From Spirochaetota bacterium (lineage in GTDB: Bacteria; Spirochaetota; UBA4802; UBA5368): 64,000 nt of DNA. Below, one piece after another: positions 62,629 through 64,000 of this stretch (the first letter of the stretch is position 1; every line of letters begins with the position of its first letter). Both the position numbers and the translations under genes were made by a program. The notes beneath the pieces were generated by a model, which was not told the origin of the DNA, made no database searches, and saw nothing but the letters and a program-made list of their open reading frames with translations. The DNA lies in the NCBI GenBank assembly GCA_004297825.1, contig SCSX01000068.1, positions 28,651 through 92,650 of the forward strand, read 5' to 3'.

Positions 62629-63348
62629 TTACGCGTTATGCGACAGCATCCGGTCGATCATCGCCTCCACGTGAATCGCCGTGGTGTTGAGCACGCCCAT
62701 CCCGGGAAGGTCCGCCGGGCCCAGCACGAGCGGGAGCTCCGTCCCGCCCAGGATGAGCCCCTCGATCCCGGAATCGGCGCGCATGCGCCCGGCCGTCGCG
62801 ACGAGTGCGGACTTCACCTCGTCGCGAAATATCCCCTTCACGAACTCGCCCATGTATTTTTCGTGGATGAATTCCTGTTCTTCCGCGGAGGGCGTAACGA
62901 TCGCGATGCCCGCTTCTTCGAACGCGGCCTGGTAAAATCCGCCCTGCATCGTAAACCGCGTCCCGAACAGCCCGAGCTTTGTATAGCCCTGCGACAGGGC
63001 GTGTCCCGCGGTCTCCTCGACGATGCTCAGCATCGGGACGCGCGCGCGGCGGCGCACCTCGTCGAACACGATATGCGGCGTGTTCGACGCCATCACCACG
63101 AAGTCCGCACCCGCGGCGTTGAGCCTGTCCGTCTCCGCGGCAAGGTACGCGGCGAGCGCGTCCAGGTTCCCCGCGGCGACCAGCGCGAGCATCGCCGTCA
63201 TGTCGATGCTGTTGACCAGGACGGGAGGATAATCGGCACCCCCCGTCCGTTCCCGGAAGCGCGCGATCAGCAGCCGGTAATAGTCGATCGTTGACTCCGG
63301 TCCTATCCCGCCGATAATGCCCGGCACCATGACGTCTCCCTTTTTCAT
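62629..63348 (-). CDS. Asp/Glu/hydantoin racemase-superfamily protein lacking both canonical catalytic cysteines
   Basis: The ORF 62629-63492 is trimmed to MKKGDVMVPGIIGGIGPEST. Its ATG at 63348 overlaps the upstream TGA as ATGA. The family motifs read MASNTPH (Ser where Cys is expected) and ILGGTELP (Gly where Cys is expected). Confidence 0.8.
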   Translation of the reverse strand: MKKGDVMVPGIIGGIGPESTIDYYRLLIARFRERTGGADYPPVLVNSIDMTAMLALVAAGNLDALAAYLAAETDRLNAAGADFVVMASNTPHIVFDEVRRRARVPMLSIVEETAGHALSQGYTKLGLFGTRFTMQGGFYQAAFEEAGIAIVTPSAEEQEFIHEKYMGEFVKGIFRDEVKSALVATAGRMRADSGIEGLILGGTELPLVLGPADLPGMGVLNTTAIHVEAMIDRMLSHNA

Positions 63349-63881
63349 ATTTCCAGGTCTTCTTTGCAAAGCGTGTTGTAGTCCTTCAGCGGTTCCAGGT
63401 CCTTCCCGCATCCGGCGCATGCCGTTTTGTACCAGGAATACGGCGCGCCGCACGCGGGGCATTTCCACAGGAGTTCCTGTTCCGCGAGCCATTGGCCCAT
63501 GCCGCGGTCCCTGATCGCTTTCAAATTTTTAATGGTTGATTTCAGGTGCGGGAGCTTTTCCACGAGCGCGGCAATCTCGCTGCTCTCCCTGAATCCGCGA
63601 TAGAGCGCACAGGGGAAATCCGCGCAGGTGACGCAGGATTCCGCGATCCCGCGCTGTTTCGCGCAGGCCCGGATGGGGCAGCGCGCGCACCCGTCGAACA
63701 CGGTATCGGTCTTGCAGCCGTGGCATATCGGCCTTGCGGGGGGCAGCATGCCGTTCATGGGCGGCGGGACATCTCCCCATGCCGCCTCCCTGTTTTCCGC
63801 GATGCCCTTTCTGTACGCGGCCATGATCTCACACGCGCCGCAGTATATCCCGCAGTAGCTTTCGAGTTTGAATTCGTTCAT
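63345..63881 (-). CDS. Cys-rich DUF3795-family protein (second copy)
   Basis: 178-aa ORF. It has YCGIYCGACEI near the N-terminus and further Cys pairs (CHGC, CARC, CVTC, CPAC, CAGC), in the same layout as 13765-14172. Confidence 0.7.
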   Translation of the reverse strand: MNEFKLESYCGIYCGACEIMAAYRKGIAENREAAWGDVPPPMNGMLPPARPICHGCKTDTVFDGCARCPIRACAKQRGIAESCVTCADFPCALYRGFRESSEIAALVEKLPHLKSTIKNLKAIRDRGMGQWLAEQELLWKCPACGAPYSWYKTACAGCGKDLEPLKDYNTLCKEDLEI

Positions 63882-64000
63882 GGCGATTCTCCCCGGAGCG
63901 TCGAGCGGCGTCCCCTTTCCGATCGTAGTACGCGTGCGGCACGGGCGAGTATTTCACGCCGCCGGCACCGCGTCAAGCGCTATCGCGGCGGCAAGGGGTC

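Noticed and set aside
63882-63960. Possible guanidine (mini-ykkC or ykkC-III) riboswitch in the leader of the DUF3795-racemase-sugE operon.
   Set aside because: GGGGACGC...ACGC strings are present, but the flanks do not form the two ACGR-loop hairpins. I could not build the consensus by eye, and an Infernal scan is needed.
63954-64000. Possible 3' end of another minus-strand gene entering from the right edge.
   Set aside because: Only 15 codons or so are visible before a TGA, which is too short to evaluate.

Overview
This is a high-GC bacterial chromosomal segment (about 65-70% GC by eye) that is densely coding. I recognised no rRNA, tRNA, CRISPR array, transposase or integrase. All calls come from reading the ORF translations and the DNA by eye; no searches or computations were run, so family names are motif-based recollection and GC values are estimates.

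Content from left to right:
- **1-10.2 kb:** an RND efflux permease that runs off the left edge and is absent from the ORF track, an exported MBL hydrolase, a small cupin, a 1251-aa REC-PAS-GAF-PocR-HisKA_2 sensor kinase, a membrane-anchored PIN protein and a BNR/sialidase-like protein.
- **10.2-14.7 kb:** an AT-rich islet with a RelE/ParE toxin and a 59-aa antitoxin too short for the ORF track, then a GNAT, an orphan FIST-like protein, a DUF3795 protein and an SRPBCC protein.
- **14.8-32.6 kb:** a visibly lower-GC block of 15 co-directional minus-strand genes. It encodes a CoA-thioester pathway: SCP-x thiolase with DUF35, crotonase, acyl-CoA dehydrogenase, AMP-ligase, an Fe-S old-yellow-enzyme without a reductase module, two amidohydrolase_2 proteins, a GctAB-like CoA-transferase, two SDRs, a URO-D-family protein and two MBL hydrolases. 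Two tandem MerR-TetR chimeric regulators are transcribed divergently from it. This block is my best candidate for an undescribed system.
- **32.6-41.1 kb:** small accessory genes, a HisKA_2 kinase, CheY-like receiver and MCP module, and Ada.
- **41.2-51.1 kb:** envelope proteins, a GGDEF remnant, a TPR lipoprotein, DinB, DUF169, a Tat-exported WD40 lipoprotein with a Cys-rich CTC tail, a flavoprotein and a methyltransferase.
- **51.2-60.6 kb:** a signalling neighbourhood with a PilZ-like protein, an acidic hypothetical protein, two tandem cNMP-GGDEF proteins with complementary motif degeneracy, a Cys-based phosphatase and a 1354-aa PAS/GAF-SpoIIE phosphatase.
- **61.0-63.9 kb:** a DUF362 Fe-S protein, then a DUF3795, racemase-superfamily and SugE operon.

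Several short palindromic or G-rich mini-repeats sit in intergenic DNA.
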